Shown in pieces: positions 35,428 through 44,086 of a stretch of 64,000 nucleotides of DNA; the stretch's first letter is position 1; each line of letters begins with the position of its first letter. The notes under the pieces were generated by a model. The model was not told the origin of the DNA and did no database searches. It saw only the letters and a program-made list of their open reading frames with translations. This stretch comes from an uncultured delta proteobacterium. Its GTDB lineage: Bacteria > Desulfobacterota > Binatia > HRBIN30 > BPIQ01. A program made the position numbers and the translations under genes. The DNA lies in assembly GCA_963761335.1 (NCBI GenBank), contig CAVXGR010000011.1, positions 288,001 through 352,000 on the forward strand, read 5' to 3'.

Positions 35428-37557
35428 GTGGCGCCGGCGGTGGCGCGCACCTCGAAGGTCAACACAGATCCACGGCCGCCCTCGCGGGCGGCGGTGCCGG
35501 CCCACCGCATCGGCATCGACGTCGGCGGCACCTTCACCGACCTGGTCCTGCTCCGTGGAGACGGCTCCACCCGTCTCCACAAGGCGCTCACCACCCCCGA
35601 GGATCAGAGCATCGGGGTGATGAACGGCCTCGCCGGCCTCGCCGCCGAAGAGGGCGAAGCGCTGCCGCCGTTTCTGCGGCGCCTCGGCGTCATCGTGCAC
35701 GGCACCACCACCGCCGACAACACGATGATCACCATGAGCGGCGCCGTCACCGGGCTGCTCACCTCCGCCGGTCACCGCGACGAGATCGAGCTGCGGCGGG
35801 GATTCAAGGAGAGCATCTGGGATCCCGCCTATCCGCCGCCGCCGCCCATCTGTCCGCGCCGGCGGCGTATCGGCGTCCCCGAGCGGCTCGACGCCGACGG
35901 GCGCGTCGTTCAGGCGCTCGACGAGGAGGCGCTGCGACAGGCCTGCCGCCGGCTGCGGGCGCAGAAGGTCGAGTCGCTCGCCATCTGCTTCCTCTTCTCC
36001 TTCCTCAACCCGGCGCACGAGACGCGGGCCGCCGAGATCGCCGCCGAGGAGATGCCCGGAGTCGATCTCAGCATCTCGCACCAGGTACACCCGAGCGCCC
36101 CGGAGTTCGAGCGCACCAGCACGACACTGGTGAACGCCTACGTGGCGCCGCGCATCAAACGCTATCTGCGCCGTCTGCTCGAGCGGCTCCGCCAGGCGGG
36201 GTTCCGCGGCGAGCTGCGCATCATGCAGTCGAACGGCGGCATGATGCCGGTGGAGTACGTCGAGCGCCGCGCCGTCGCCGTCCTCGGCTCGGGTCCCGCG
36301 GGCGGAGTCATCGCCGCCTCCCATCTGGGCGGCGTCTGCGGCGTGCGGGACTTCATCGGCGTCGACATGGGCGGCACCAGCTACGACGTCTCGGTGGTGC
36401 GCGGCGGGCTCGCCGAGGTGAAGGCCGGGTGGAACTGGCACCACCGCTATCTCGTCGCTCTGCCCATGATCGAGGTGTACTCCGTCGGCGCCGGCGGCGG
36501 CTCCGTCGCCCAGGTCCGGGCCGGCTCCCTGCAGGTCGGCCCGGAGAGCGCCGGCGCCGATCCCGGGCCGATCTGTTACGGCCGCGGCGGGCAGCGGCCG
36601 ACGGTCACCGACGCCAACCTGCTGCTCGGCTTCCTCGACCCGAACACCTTCTGCAACGGCGCGCTGCGATTGCAGACGGAAGGGCTGCAAGAGGCGTTTC
36701 GCCGGCAGATCGGACAGCCGCTCGGCCTCGATGCCGTGGAGGCTGCGCACGGCGTCTTTCGCCTGATCAATGCCAACATGACCAACGCCGTGCGCCGCGT
36801 CTCGGCGCAGCGGGGTCTCGATCCACGGGAGATGGCGCTGGTCGTCTTCGGCGGCAACGGCGCCGTGCACGCCGGCATGCAGGCGGCGCAGCTGGGGATA
36901 CGCCAGGTCATCGTGCCGCGCTCCGCCGCGGCGCTCTCCGCCTTCGGGCTCGCCCTCGCCGACGAGGTGATCGACGAGGTGCGCTCCTACGTCCGCCCGG
37001 CGGCACTGGCGCGGCCCGAGGAGATCGAGTCCGCCTTCAATGCTCTCGAACGGCAGGCGCGCAGCGCCTTGGGCCGCCGCGCCGACATTCGTTTCGAGCG
37101 CTTGCTGCATCTCTGCTACCCGGGGCAGACGTTCGACATGGCGGTGCCGCTCGGCGCCAACGGGGCCCGCTTCACGCGCGCCACGCTCGGCGAAACCATC
37201 GAGCGCTTTCACCAGCTACACGAGCAGCTGCATACCTACGCCTCGCGCGACGAGCAGCCGATCGTTCGCAGCGTGCGTCTCAAAGCGACTGCAGCGCGTC
37301 CCAAGCCGCAGCTCTCCCGCTCCGCAATCCGCCGCAGCGCTACGAGGCGCGCCCGGCGCGGCTCCCGCCCCGTCTTCTTCGGCGACCGCTACCGACCGAC
37401 GGCGGTTTACGACGGCACCGCGCTGCGTCCCGGGCATTCGCTCGACGGCCCCGCCATCGTCGAAGAGCGCTTCACCACCGTCGTCCTCTACCCCGGACAT
37501 CGCGCCCGCATCGACGCCTACGGCAACTACCGCATCGCCGTCCCGCCGCCGGGCTGA
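35428..37557 (+). CDS. Hydantoinase/5-oxoprolinase subunit A family protein
   Basis: IGIDVGGTFTD, HGTT, EFERTSTT, SGPAGG, DMGGTS, GAGGGS, VGPESAGA.PGP.CYGRGG, PTVTDA; start uncertain. Confidence 0.93.
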   Translation: MAPAVARTSKVNTDPRPPSRAAVPAHRIGIDVGGTFTDLVLLRGDGSTRLHKALTTPEDQSIGVMNGLAGLAAEEGEALPPFLRRLGVIVHGTTTADNTMITMSGAVTGLLTSAGHRDEIELRRGFKESIWDPAYPPPPPICPRRRRIGVPERLDADGRVVQALDEEALRQACRRLRAQKVESLAICFLFSFLNPAHETRAAEIAAEEMPGVDLSISHQVHPSAPEFERTSTTLVNAYVAPRIKRYLRRLLERLRQAGFRGELRIMQSNGGMMPVEYVERRAVAVLGSGPAGGVIAASHLGGVCGVRDFIGVDMGGTSYDVSVVRGGLAEVKAGWNWHHRYLVALPMIEVYSVGAGGGSVAQVRAGSLQVGPESAGADPGPICYGRGGQRPTVTDANLLLGFLDPNTFCNGALRLQTEGLQEAFRRQIGQPLGLDAVEAAHGVFRLINANMTNAVRRVSAQRGLDPREMALVVFGGNGAVHAGMQAAQLGIRQVIVPRSAAALSAFGLALADEVIDEVRSYVRPAALARPEEIESAFNALERQARSALGRRADIRFERLLHLCYPGQTFDMAVPLGANGARFTRATLGETIERFHQLHEQLHTYASRDEQPIVRSVRLKATAARPKPQLSRSAIRRSATRRARRGSRPVFFGDRYRPTAVYDGTALRPGHSLDGPAIVEERFTTVVLYPGHRARIDAYGNYRIAVPPPG

Positions 37558-37821
37558 GTCGCCGGCCGCTCGGCGCTCTAACACTTCGCACAACACGCAC
37601 GCTAAACGCCATGCGAGATGGCGTGCATATCCGCCATTTAGCGTCGATGTCAAGTCAGTCGCTGTGTCAGAGGCGCGAAAACACAAAAGAAAACCCGCAT
37701 TTGGCCGCCTATTCGTCTTGACGACCAAGACCCCGCGGGTCATTAATGAGTCACTGCAGCAACGCGGACGCACAAATCGGCGGTGGGGTGGGCGCTGCGA
37801 GCGGTTTGATTCTGGTTTCCC

Positions 37822-39204
37822 GTGGAAGACGCCGCAACCCTGATCGTCTCATCCGACCCTTCCGAGCGCACTGCGTATTCGAGCTGGCTGCGCGACGAGG
37901 GCTACCGCGTCGTCGAGGCGAAGTCTGGCGCCGATGCCATCGCCCAGCACCGCCGCGCCTCCTTCCCTTTGACGCTTTCCGAGCTGAAGGCGCCCACCAT
38001 CGATGGCGTCGAGCTCATCCGCTCGGTGCGCGACATCAATCCCGAGGCGGAGCTGCTGATCGTGAGCAGCGGCGAGTCGGTACCCTCGGCGGTGGCGGCG
38101 ATGAAGGCCGGCGCCGCCGACCTGCTGCTCAAGCCGCTGACCCGCGACATCCTCCTCGAGTCGATCCGCAAGATCGGTACACTGCACGAGGTCCTCCAGG
38201 AGAACCGCAGGCTGCGCGACGAGCTTCACCGCCAGTACGACTTCTCGCACATCGTGGCGCACTCGCCGCAGATGCTGCACATTCTCTCGCTCGCCGGACG
38301 GGTGGCGCCGCGTGACACCTCCGTCCTGATCACCGGAGACAGCGGCACCGGCAAGGAGCTGCTGGCGCGCGCCATCCACGTCAACAGCTCCCGGGCGCAC
38401 CGCCCGCTGGTGTCGATCAACTGCGCGGCGATCCCCGAGCCGCTGCTGGAGAGCGAGCTGTTCGGCTACCGGCGCGGCGCCTTCACCGGCGCCAACGCCG
38501 ACAAGCCGGGCCTGCTGGCGAGCGCCAACGGCGGCACGCTCTTTCTCGACGAGATCGCCGAGCTGCCGCTGATCACCCAGGCGAAGCTGCTGCGCTTTCT
38601 CCAGGAAGGCACGTACTTCCCCTTGGGCAGTGTGCAGCCGAGCGGCGCCGACGTGCGCGTGCTGGCGGCCACCAATGCACCTCTTCTGCAGCGCGTCGAG
38701 CTCGGCCTCTTCCGGCGCGATCTCTACTACCGCCTCTCGGTCTTTCCGCTGCACATGGCGCCGTTGCGCGAGAGACCCGAGGACATCGTGCCGCTGGCGC
38801 AGAACTTCCTGCGCCAGATCGGCGCCAAGGTGGGAAAGAAGGTCCCCGGCTTGTCTCGTGAGGTGGTGAGCTACCTGACGACGCGGCCGTGGCCGGGAAA
38901 CGTCCGCGAGCTGCAGAACAGCGTCGAGAGGGCGGTCATCGTCAGCGCCGGGAACCTGCTCACCTCCGCCGATTTCCGCCTGCTCGAGGGCGACACCGCC
39001 GCCCAGGAGGAGCGCCAGCTGCAACGTCTCCCCGACGACGGCATCGATCTGAGCCATCTGAACCGCACGCTCGTCGAGCAGGCACTGGAGCGCACCAACT
39101 ACAACGTCTCCGCGGCGGCGCGCCTGCTGCAGCTGCGCCGCCCGGCGCTGCGTTACCGCATGAAGAAGTATGGTCTCGACCGCCGCCGCCCAGCGGGCAG
39201 CTGA
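37822..39204 (+). CDS. NtrC-family sigma-54 enhancer-binding protein with atypical receiver
   Basis: [36 protein letters not shown] and a C-terminal HTH; receiver has LSELKAP in place of LxDLxMP. Confidence 0.92.
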   Translation: MEDAATLIVSSDPSERTAYSSWLRDEGYRVVEAKSGADAIAQHRRASFPLTLSELKAPTIDGVELIRSVRDINPEAELLIVSSGESVPSAVAAMKAGAADLLLKPLTRDILLESIRKIGTLHEVLQENRRLRDELHRQYDFSHIVAHSPQMLHILSLAGRVAPRDTSVLITGDSGTGKELLARAIHVNSSRAHRPLVSINCAAIPEPLLESELFGYRRGAFTGANADKPGLLASANGGTLFLDEIAELPLITQAKLLRFLQEGTYFPLGSVQPSGADVRVLAATNAPLLQRVELGLFRRDLYYRLSVFPLHMAPLRERPEDIVPLAQNFLRQIGAKVGKKVPGLSREVVSYLTTRPWPGNVRELQNSVERAVIVSAGNLLTSADFRLLEGDTAAQEERQLQRLPDDGIDLSHLNRTLVEQALERTNYNVSAAARLLQLRRPALRYRMKKYGLDRRRPAGS

Positions 39205-39280
39205 ACGAGCCCTCGATGCCAGGGGTTGAAATCGGCGGCACGCGCGCCTTGCCCAACGGGATGCCCGTTGACTGCGGGCC

Positions 39281-39404
39281 GGTTGTTGGTTGCTGCGTTG
39301 TTAGGGTGTTAGGTCAGTTCACCCCTTCTTACCAACAACCAACAACGTAACCACCCAACAACCTTCGGTGGCGGCACCGTGGGCTCGATTCGTTGGGCAA
39401 TGCC
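39281..39404. repeat. About 124-bp GTTGTTG-rich dispersed repeat, copy 2 (inverted)
   Basis: Inverted copy of 34616-34738. Confidence 0.85.
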
Positions 39405-39555
39405 GGTTGAAATCCCCCGCTAGGGTGCCCCCCCGGGTGGCAAATCGGCGCTCGCGCGTCGAAAAACTGGCGCAGCAGCCGTGTCGGATGCTGTGTACTC
39501 CGACAAATTCGCTCGTAAATTCGCGGTCCAGAAGGATCTGATCGCGACGGATGAT

Positions 39556-39582
39556 CATTTGCTCAAATCTCTTGAGCAAATG
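39556..39582. promoter_or_regulatory. Perfect 11-bp inverted repeat, candidate enhancer (UAS)
   Basis: CATTTGCTCAA-ATCTC-TTGAGCAAATG, an AT-rich site in GC-rich DNA. Confidence 0.6.
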
Positions 39583-39650
39583 GTTCAGCCGTTTCCGCCA
39601 CCCGTGCCCCTTCTCCCGCCGCCGTCCGCCGCCGCCGCCGAGATTGCCCC

Positions 39651-39666
39651 TGGACTGATTCTTGAT
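39651..39666 (+). promoter_or_regulatory. Sigma-54-like promoter for the polysaccharide operon
   Basis: TGGACT-GATTC-TTGAT: correct GG-N10 spacing, but GA rather than GC at -12. Confidence 0.45.
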
Positions 39667-39750
39667 GTGGCTCCGCAGTGGAATGCAACGGGGGCAAATG
39701 TCCGAACAAACAGACGGCGCCAACAAACGAGAAGGGTCCAGGGGGTAACG

Positions 39751-40011
39751 ATGAGCCAGGGAGCACTCGAAGCGGCACTTGGCCGGTTGATCTGCGATGA
39801 CACCTTCCGGCGCGACTTCTACAGGGACGCCGAGGTCGCTGCGGCACAGGCCGGGTTTCGGCTGACCTGGGTCGAGCTGGGCAGTCTGCGCAACATCGAC
39901 CTGCAGGCCGTCGAACGGTTCGTCACCAACATCGACGACCGCATCCGGCGCGCCGAGGAGCGCCTGTCGCAAGCCAACCGCGTCAAGCTGGTGAGGAGTG
40001 AGAAGCGATGA
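39751..40011 (+). CDS. 86-aa NHLP-leader-like (Os1348-type) small protein
   Basis: AGGGGG RBS; MSQGALEAALGRLICDDTFRRDFYRDAEVAAAQAGFRLT fits the GRxxxDxxFRxxFxxD leader pattern; ATGA overlap with the next gene. Confidence 0.72.
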   Translation: MSQGALEAALGRLICDDTFRRDFYRDAEVAAAQAGFRLTWVELGSLRNIDLQAVERFVTNIDDRIRRAEERLSQANRVKLVRSEKR

Positions 40012-40718
40012 AAAGCACCCTTCAGCGCATGGCGTGCCGCGCGGCGCTGCTGGCGCTCCTGCCGCTCGCCGCGTGTGCCGGGCAACAGGCGACGGCCACC
40101 GCCCAGACGGCGACGCCGATCTCGCCCGAGGTCCGCACCGCCTTCGGTCCGCCCGGCCCCTATGTCCTGCAGGACGGCGATCTGCTGAGCGTCAAGTTCT
40201 ACTACAACCCCGACCTCAACGAGGACGTCGTCGTCCGTCCGGACGGCAAGATCTCTCTGCAGCTGATCGGCGACGTGCAGGCCTCCGGGCTCACGCCCGC
40301 CGGGCTGTCGGCGGCGCTGGCGCAGAGATACGCGGGCGAGCTGGCGATGCCGAAGATCAACGTCATCGTCCGCCAGCTCGGCGGCAACCGCATCTACGTC
40401 GGCGGCGAGGTCGGCAAGCAAGGAGCCTTGCCCCTGAGCACCGGGCTGACTCTCTTCCAGGCAATTCAGGAGGCCGGCGGCTTCACCCCCACGGCGCACC
40501 GCGCCCAGGTCGTGCTCATCCGGCGCGTCGGCGAGGAGCCGCGAGGCTACAGCGTCGACACGCGGCCGATCGCCAGCGGCAATCACCCCGAGGACGACCT
40601 TGCCCTGCGCCCCTACGACGTCGTCTACGTGCCGCGCTCGAAGATCGCCGACATCGACCTGTTCGTCGAGCAGTACATACGCAACGTGATACCCGTCCAA
40701 CCCAGCTTCATTCCCTGA
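40008..40718 (+). CDS. Polysaccharide export lipoprotein (Wza/OPX family)
   Basis: Lipobox LAAC; YVLQDGD, VRPDGKISLQLIGDVQASGLT, SLBB IYVGGEV..AGG. Confidence 0.9.
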   Translation: MKSTLQRMACRAALLALLPLAACAGQQATATAQTATPISPEVRTAFGPPGPYVLQDGDLLSVKFYYNPDLNEDVVVRPDGKISLQLIGDVQASGLTPAGLSAALAQRYAGELAMPKINVIVRQLGGNRIYVGGEVGKQGALPLSTGLTLFQAIQEAGGFTPTAHRAQVVLIRRVGEEPRGYSVDTRPIASGNHPEDDLALRPYDVVYVPRSKIADIDLFVEQYIRNVIPVQPSFIP

Positions 40719-40725
40719 GGCCAAT

Positions 40726-42228
40726 ATGGACAAGCCCGCTATTCCCTGGCGCGAAATATTCGCCATCCTGCTGCGCCGCCGCAGCCTGATCCTCACGGTC
40801 TTCGTCATCGGCGTGACCGGCGTGGCGGCGCTCACCTGGCTGCGCGGCCCCTCCTACGTCGCCGCCGCCAAGATCATGGTCACCTCCGAGCGCGCCCAGA
40901 TGACGGTCTCTCCCGACGCCGACGCCAAGCCGGTCATCGATCGGGTCACCGAGCAGGATCTCAACTCCGAGGTCGCCCTGCTGCAGAGCACCTCGCTGGT
41001 GCGCGAGGTCCTCGAGCACTACCGCGGCCAGCTCGAGGCGCCCGATTCGGGTGTCGGGCACTACCTGTCGGCGGCCCTCCGCTTCCCCCTCGAGCTGCCC
41101 GGCATTCTCTACCGGCACACGCACGGAGTGCCGCCACTGACACCGTTCGAGTCCTGGGTCCAGTCCACCGCCAGCCGCGTGCGCGTCGACACGATCTCCA
41201 AGTCGAACCTGATCGAGGTCTCCTTCCAGAGCTCGACCGCGAAGTGGGCATCGCAGTTCGTCAACGACCTGGTCAATCGCCACGTCGAGCGGCACGCGCA
41301 GTTCAACAAGCAGTCGGATGCGCGTCGTTTCTACGAAGGTCAGCAACGGCTGCTGAACACCAAGATGCAGGATGCCGAGAAGGAGCTCGGCGATTTCTAC
41401 ACCCGCGAGGGCTTCGACTCGGCGCCGGAGCAGCAGGCGGCGCTGCGTGCCCGGCTGGCACAGATGGAGACCACCCGCAGCACCTCGGCGACGGCACTCG
41501 CCGAGGCCAAGGCGCGCATGGATTTTCTCTCGAACGCCATCCGCCAGTACCCGAAGAGCATCCCGGCGGATTCCAAGCTCGCCGGGAACGAGGGGATCCA
41601 GCTGATCAAGGCGCGCATCCTCGCCCTCGAGCTCGACCGCAGCCAGGCGCTCTCCGCCTACGCGCCCACCAGCGTCAAGATCAAGCAGTTCGACCGTCAG
41701 CTGGAGGAGGCGAAGCGCCTGCTCGAGAAGGAGAAGGCGAACGCCAGCGTCTCGCCGGGGGCCGCCAACCCGACCTACCAGTCCCTGGAGATGGACCTGG
41801 CGCAGACCGGGGCACAGAAGGCGTCAATGGAGGCGCGCCTCACTGATCTCTCGTCGCAGATCGACGCCGTACGCCGGAAGCTCGAGCATCTGGAGAGCAT
41901 CGGCTCGGAGCAGGAGCGCCTGGAGCAGAGAGTCGCCTCCGCGAAGACCTCCTATCTCACCTACCTGAAGAAGGAAGAGGAGGCGCGCTTCGCCGACGCC
42001 CTCGACGACTCGAAGATCGTCAACGTGGTCGTCGTCGAGCCCGCCTCCGAGCCGGTGGCACCGCGACCGGCGCGGGCGATGACCACGCTGGCCTTGGGAG
42101 CCTTGCTGAGCCTGATGGCCGGGGTCGCCCTGGCGTTCCTTCGCGACTGGCTCGACCCGACGGTCAAGAGCGCCGTCGAGGCCGCCGCACTCGCGGAGCT
42201 GCCGGTCCTCGCGGACATTCCCTCTTGA
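40726..42228 (+). CDS. Polysaccharide co-polymerase / chain-length determinant (Wzc-N/GumC-like)
   Basis: Two TM helices flanking a coiled coil; VVVVEPA..P..P..P; ends DWLDPTVKS..LPVLADIP. Confidence 0.88.
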   Translation: MDKPAIPWREIFAILLRRRSLILTVFVIGVTGVAALTWLRGPSYVAAAKIMVTSERAQMTVSPDADAKPVIDRVTEQDLNSEVALLQSTSLVREVLEHYRGQLEAPDSGVGHYLSAALRFPLELPGILYRHTHGVPPLTPFESWVQSTASRVRVDTISKSNLIEVSFQSSTAKWASQFVNDLVNRHVERHAQFNKQSDARRFYEGQQRLLNTKMQDAEKELGDFYTREGFDSAPEQQAALRARLAQMETTRSTSATALAEAKARMDFLSNAIRQYPKSIPADSKLAGNEGIQLIKARILALELDRSQALSAYAPTSVKIKQFDRQLEEAKRLLEKEKANASVSPGAANPTYQSLEMDLAQTGAQKASMEARLTDLSSQIDAVRRKLEHLESIGSEQERLEQRVASAKTSYLTYLKKEEEARFADALDDSKIVNVVVVEPASEPVAPRPARAMTTLALGALLSLMAGVALAFLRDWLDPTVKSAVEAAALAELPVLADIPS

Positions 42229-42239
42229 AGGTTCCGGTC

Positions 42240-43355
42240 ATGTACGCGGCCCACTTCGGTCTGGCGAACGAGCCCTTCTCGCTCACTCCCGACCCGTTCT
42301 TCCTCTACCCGAGCCCCTCGCATGCCGAGGCGCTGGCGGCACTGAAGGTGGGGCTGCTTGGCCGCCGTGGTCTCCTGGTGATGATCGGCGAGGTGGGCAC
42401 CGGAAAGACGACGCTGTTGTACACCCTGCTCAGCGAGCTCGGGCAGGAGGTGCGCACCGCCTACATCTCCAACACCCGCCTCTCCTTCGAAGACATGCTC
42501 CGCCAGGCGCTTGCCGATTTCGGCGTCGCCGCCGCCGGCGACTCTCGCGCCGCCCTGCTGGCGGCGCTGAATGCCTTCCTGGCGCGCTGTGCGGCGGAGG
42601 ACAGGACGGCGGCGCTGATCATCGACGAGGCCCAGAACCTGAGCGACGAGACCTTCGAGAATCTGCGCCTGCTTTCCAATTACGAGACCTTCGACCGCAA
42701 GCTCCTGCAGATCGTCCTGGTCGGACAGCCGGAGCTCGAAGCGCGCCTGCGCAACCCGCACATCCGCCAGATTGCCGAGCGCGTCGCCGTTCGCTGCTAC
42801 GTGAACCCGCTCGGCTGGAAAGAGAGCCGCGAGTACATCCGGCACCGGCTGGCGCGCGCCGGCGGCTCTCTCGAGCTGCTGACCCCGGCGGCGCTGCGCC
42901 TCGTGCAGTGGAAGTCGCGCGGCCTTCCGCGCCGGATCAACATCATCTGCCACAACGCCTTTCTCTTCGCCTACGGCCACGATGCCCGGCGCGTGACCTG
43001 GCACTTCGTGCGCGCCGCGGTGCGCGAGCGCGAGGGACGCGGGCTGGTGCAGATGCGGGGACCGCTGGCGCGCCGGCTGGACGGCGCCCTCGGCCGCCGT
43101 CCCGGCCGGATCGGCACGGTGCTGGCCGGCGCGGCGCTCTCGGCCCTCATCGGAGTCGCCGCCGTCCGCTGGATCGATCGACCGGCTTCAGTCACCGCTC
43201 CGCAGACGATGTTGCAGATCGAGCCATCGCTGCGGCGCCTGAGCGTGGGGCCCGACATGGCGATGGCCGAGACGCAGCACCCGCTCGCGACGCAAGCCCG
43301 GCTGGAGCTGGAGACCAGCTACCGGCGCGGCAGGAGCACGGAGAGGAGCTCATGA
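42240..43355 (+). CDS. ExeA/GspA-type AAA ATPase
   Basis: MYAAHFGL..PFSLTPDP, GEVGTGKT, LIIDEAQNL, LVGQPEL, GLPRRIN; C-terminal TM. Confidence 0.9.
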   Translation: MYAAHFGLANEPFSLTPDPFFLYPSPSHAEALAALKVGLLGRRGLLVMIGEVGTGKTTLLYTLLSELGQEVRTAYISNTRLSFEDMLRQALADFGVAAAGDSRAALLAALNAFLARCAAEDRTAALIIDEAQNLSDETFENLRLLSNYETFDRKLLQIVLVGQPELEARLRNPHIRQIAERVAVRCYVNPLGWKESREYIRHRLARAGGSLELLTPAALRLVQWKSRGLPRRINIICHNAFLFAYGHDARRVTWHFVRAAVREREGRGLVQMRGPLARRLDGALGRRPGRIGTVLAGAALSALIGVAAVRWIDRPASVTAPQTMLQIEPSLRRLSVGPDMAMAETQHPLATQARLELETSYRRGRSTERSS

Positions 43356-44086
43356 GTGAATACTTTCGTGTCCTGAAGCGGATGGAGCAGGGCGGCGCGC
43401 CGCGTGAAGCGCGTCCCCTGGCGCTGGCGACCGCCGCTCCGGTGGCGGCGCCGACCGAGGGGGCGGCGCCGCAGAGAGCCGCCGTGTCGGCTCCGGCGCC
43501 GAGCTCGCCCGGGGCCAATGCCTTCGCGGCGCTCTTCGACAGCCTCCGCGCTCTCGATCTCGGCGGCATGCCGCGCGTCGTCTTCGCGGCCGCCTCGCCG
43601 TCCGCGTGTACGTCCGACGTGGTGGAAGGCCTGGCGGCGCACGCAAGCCAGCTCGGCCTGCAGGTGCTGGTCGCCGATCTGGTGCAGGGGGCGGGGGGAC
43701 CACTGCTGCGCGCCCGGCACGGTGGCGACGGGCTCGCCGACGGCGACGGGGAGATCGCTCTCGATCTGCGCGGCCGCAGCCGCATGCGCACGGTCTCCGA
43801 CTGGCTGCAGCGCGCCGCCCCGGAGGCCGATCTGGTCCTCATCGAGGCGCCGCCGCTCTCTCAGTCCATCGACGCTCCGCTGCTTGCCTGTGCCTGCGAC
43901 GGGTTGGTCATCGTGGCCCACACCGAGATCACCACGCGCCAGGCGATGCGCACGGCCGCCGAGCGCAGCCGCTCGGTCGGTTGCCGGGGCCTGGGCGTCG
44001 TCATGCACGGCACCCGCGACCACATGCCGGCGTGGCTGCGGCACCTGCCCCTCCTGCCACAGGCACTGGAGGAGCACTCGGCATGA
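43352..44086 (+). CDS. Degenerate CpsD/CapB (Wzc-C) tyrosine-kinase-like protein
   Basis: MSEYFRVLKR start, DLVLIEAPP, CDGLVIV, GVVM; Walker A and Tyr cluster missing. Confidence 0.75.
   Translation: MSEYFRVLKRMEQGGAPREARPLALATAAPVAAPTEGAAPQRAAVSAPAPSSPGANAFAALFDSLRALDLGGMPRVVFAAASPSACTSDVVEGLAAHASQLGLQVLVADLVQGAGGPLLRARHGGDGLADGDGEIALDLRGRSRMRTVSDWLQRAAPEADLVLIEAPPLSQSIDAPLLACACDGLVIVAHTEITTRQAMRTAAERSRSVGCRGLGVVMHGTRDHMPAWLRHLPLLPQALEEHSA

Noticed and set aside
37560..37820. Riboswitch or ncRNA in the AT-rich region upstream of the activator
   Set aside because: Short stems (ACGCCAT/ATGGCGT, ACGCTAAA/TTTAGCGT) and a TTGACG-N17-CATTAA promoter-like site exist, but no known riboswitch motif is recognisable.
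39481..39750. 90-aa N-terminal extension of the NHLP-like ORF given in the ORF track
   Set aside because: It covers the palindrome and promoter region, and the good RBS is in front of the ATG at 39751.
40008..40718. Short OPX lacking an outer-membrane helix and needing a beta-barrel partner
   Set aside because: The C-terminus (SKIADIDLFVEQYIRNVIP) could be the amphipathic helix, so this cannot be decided by eye.
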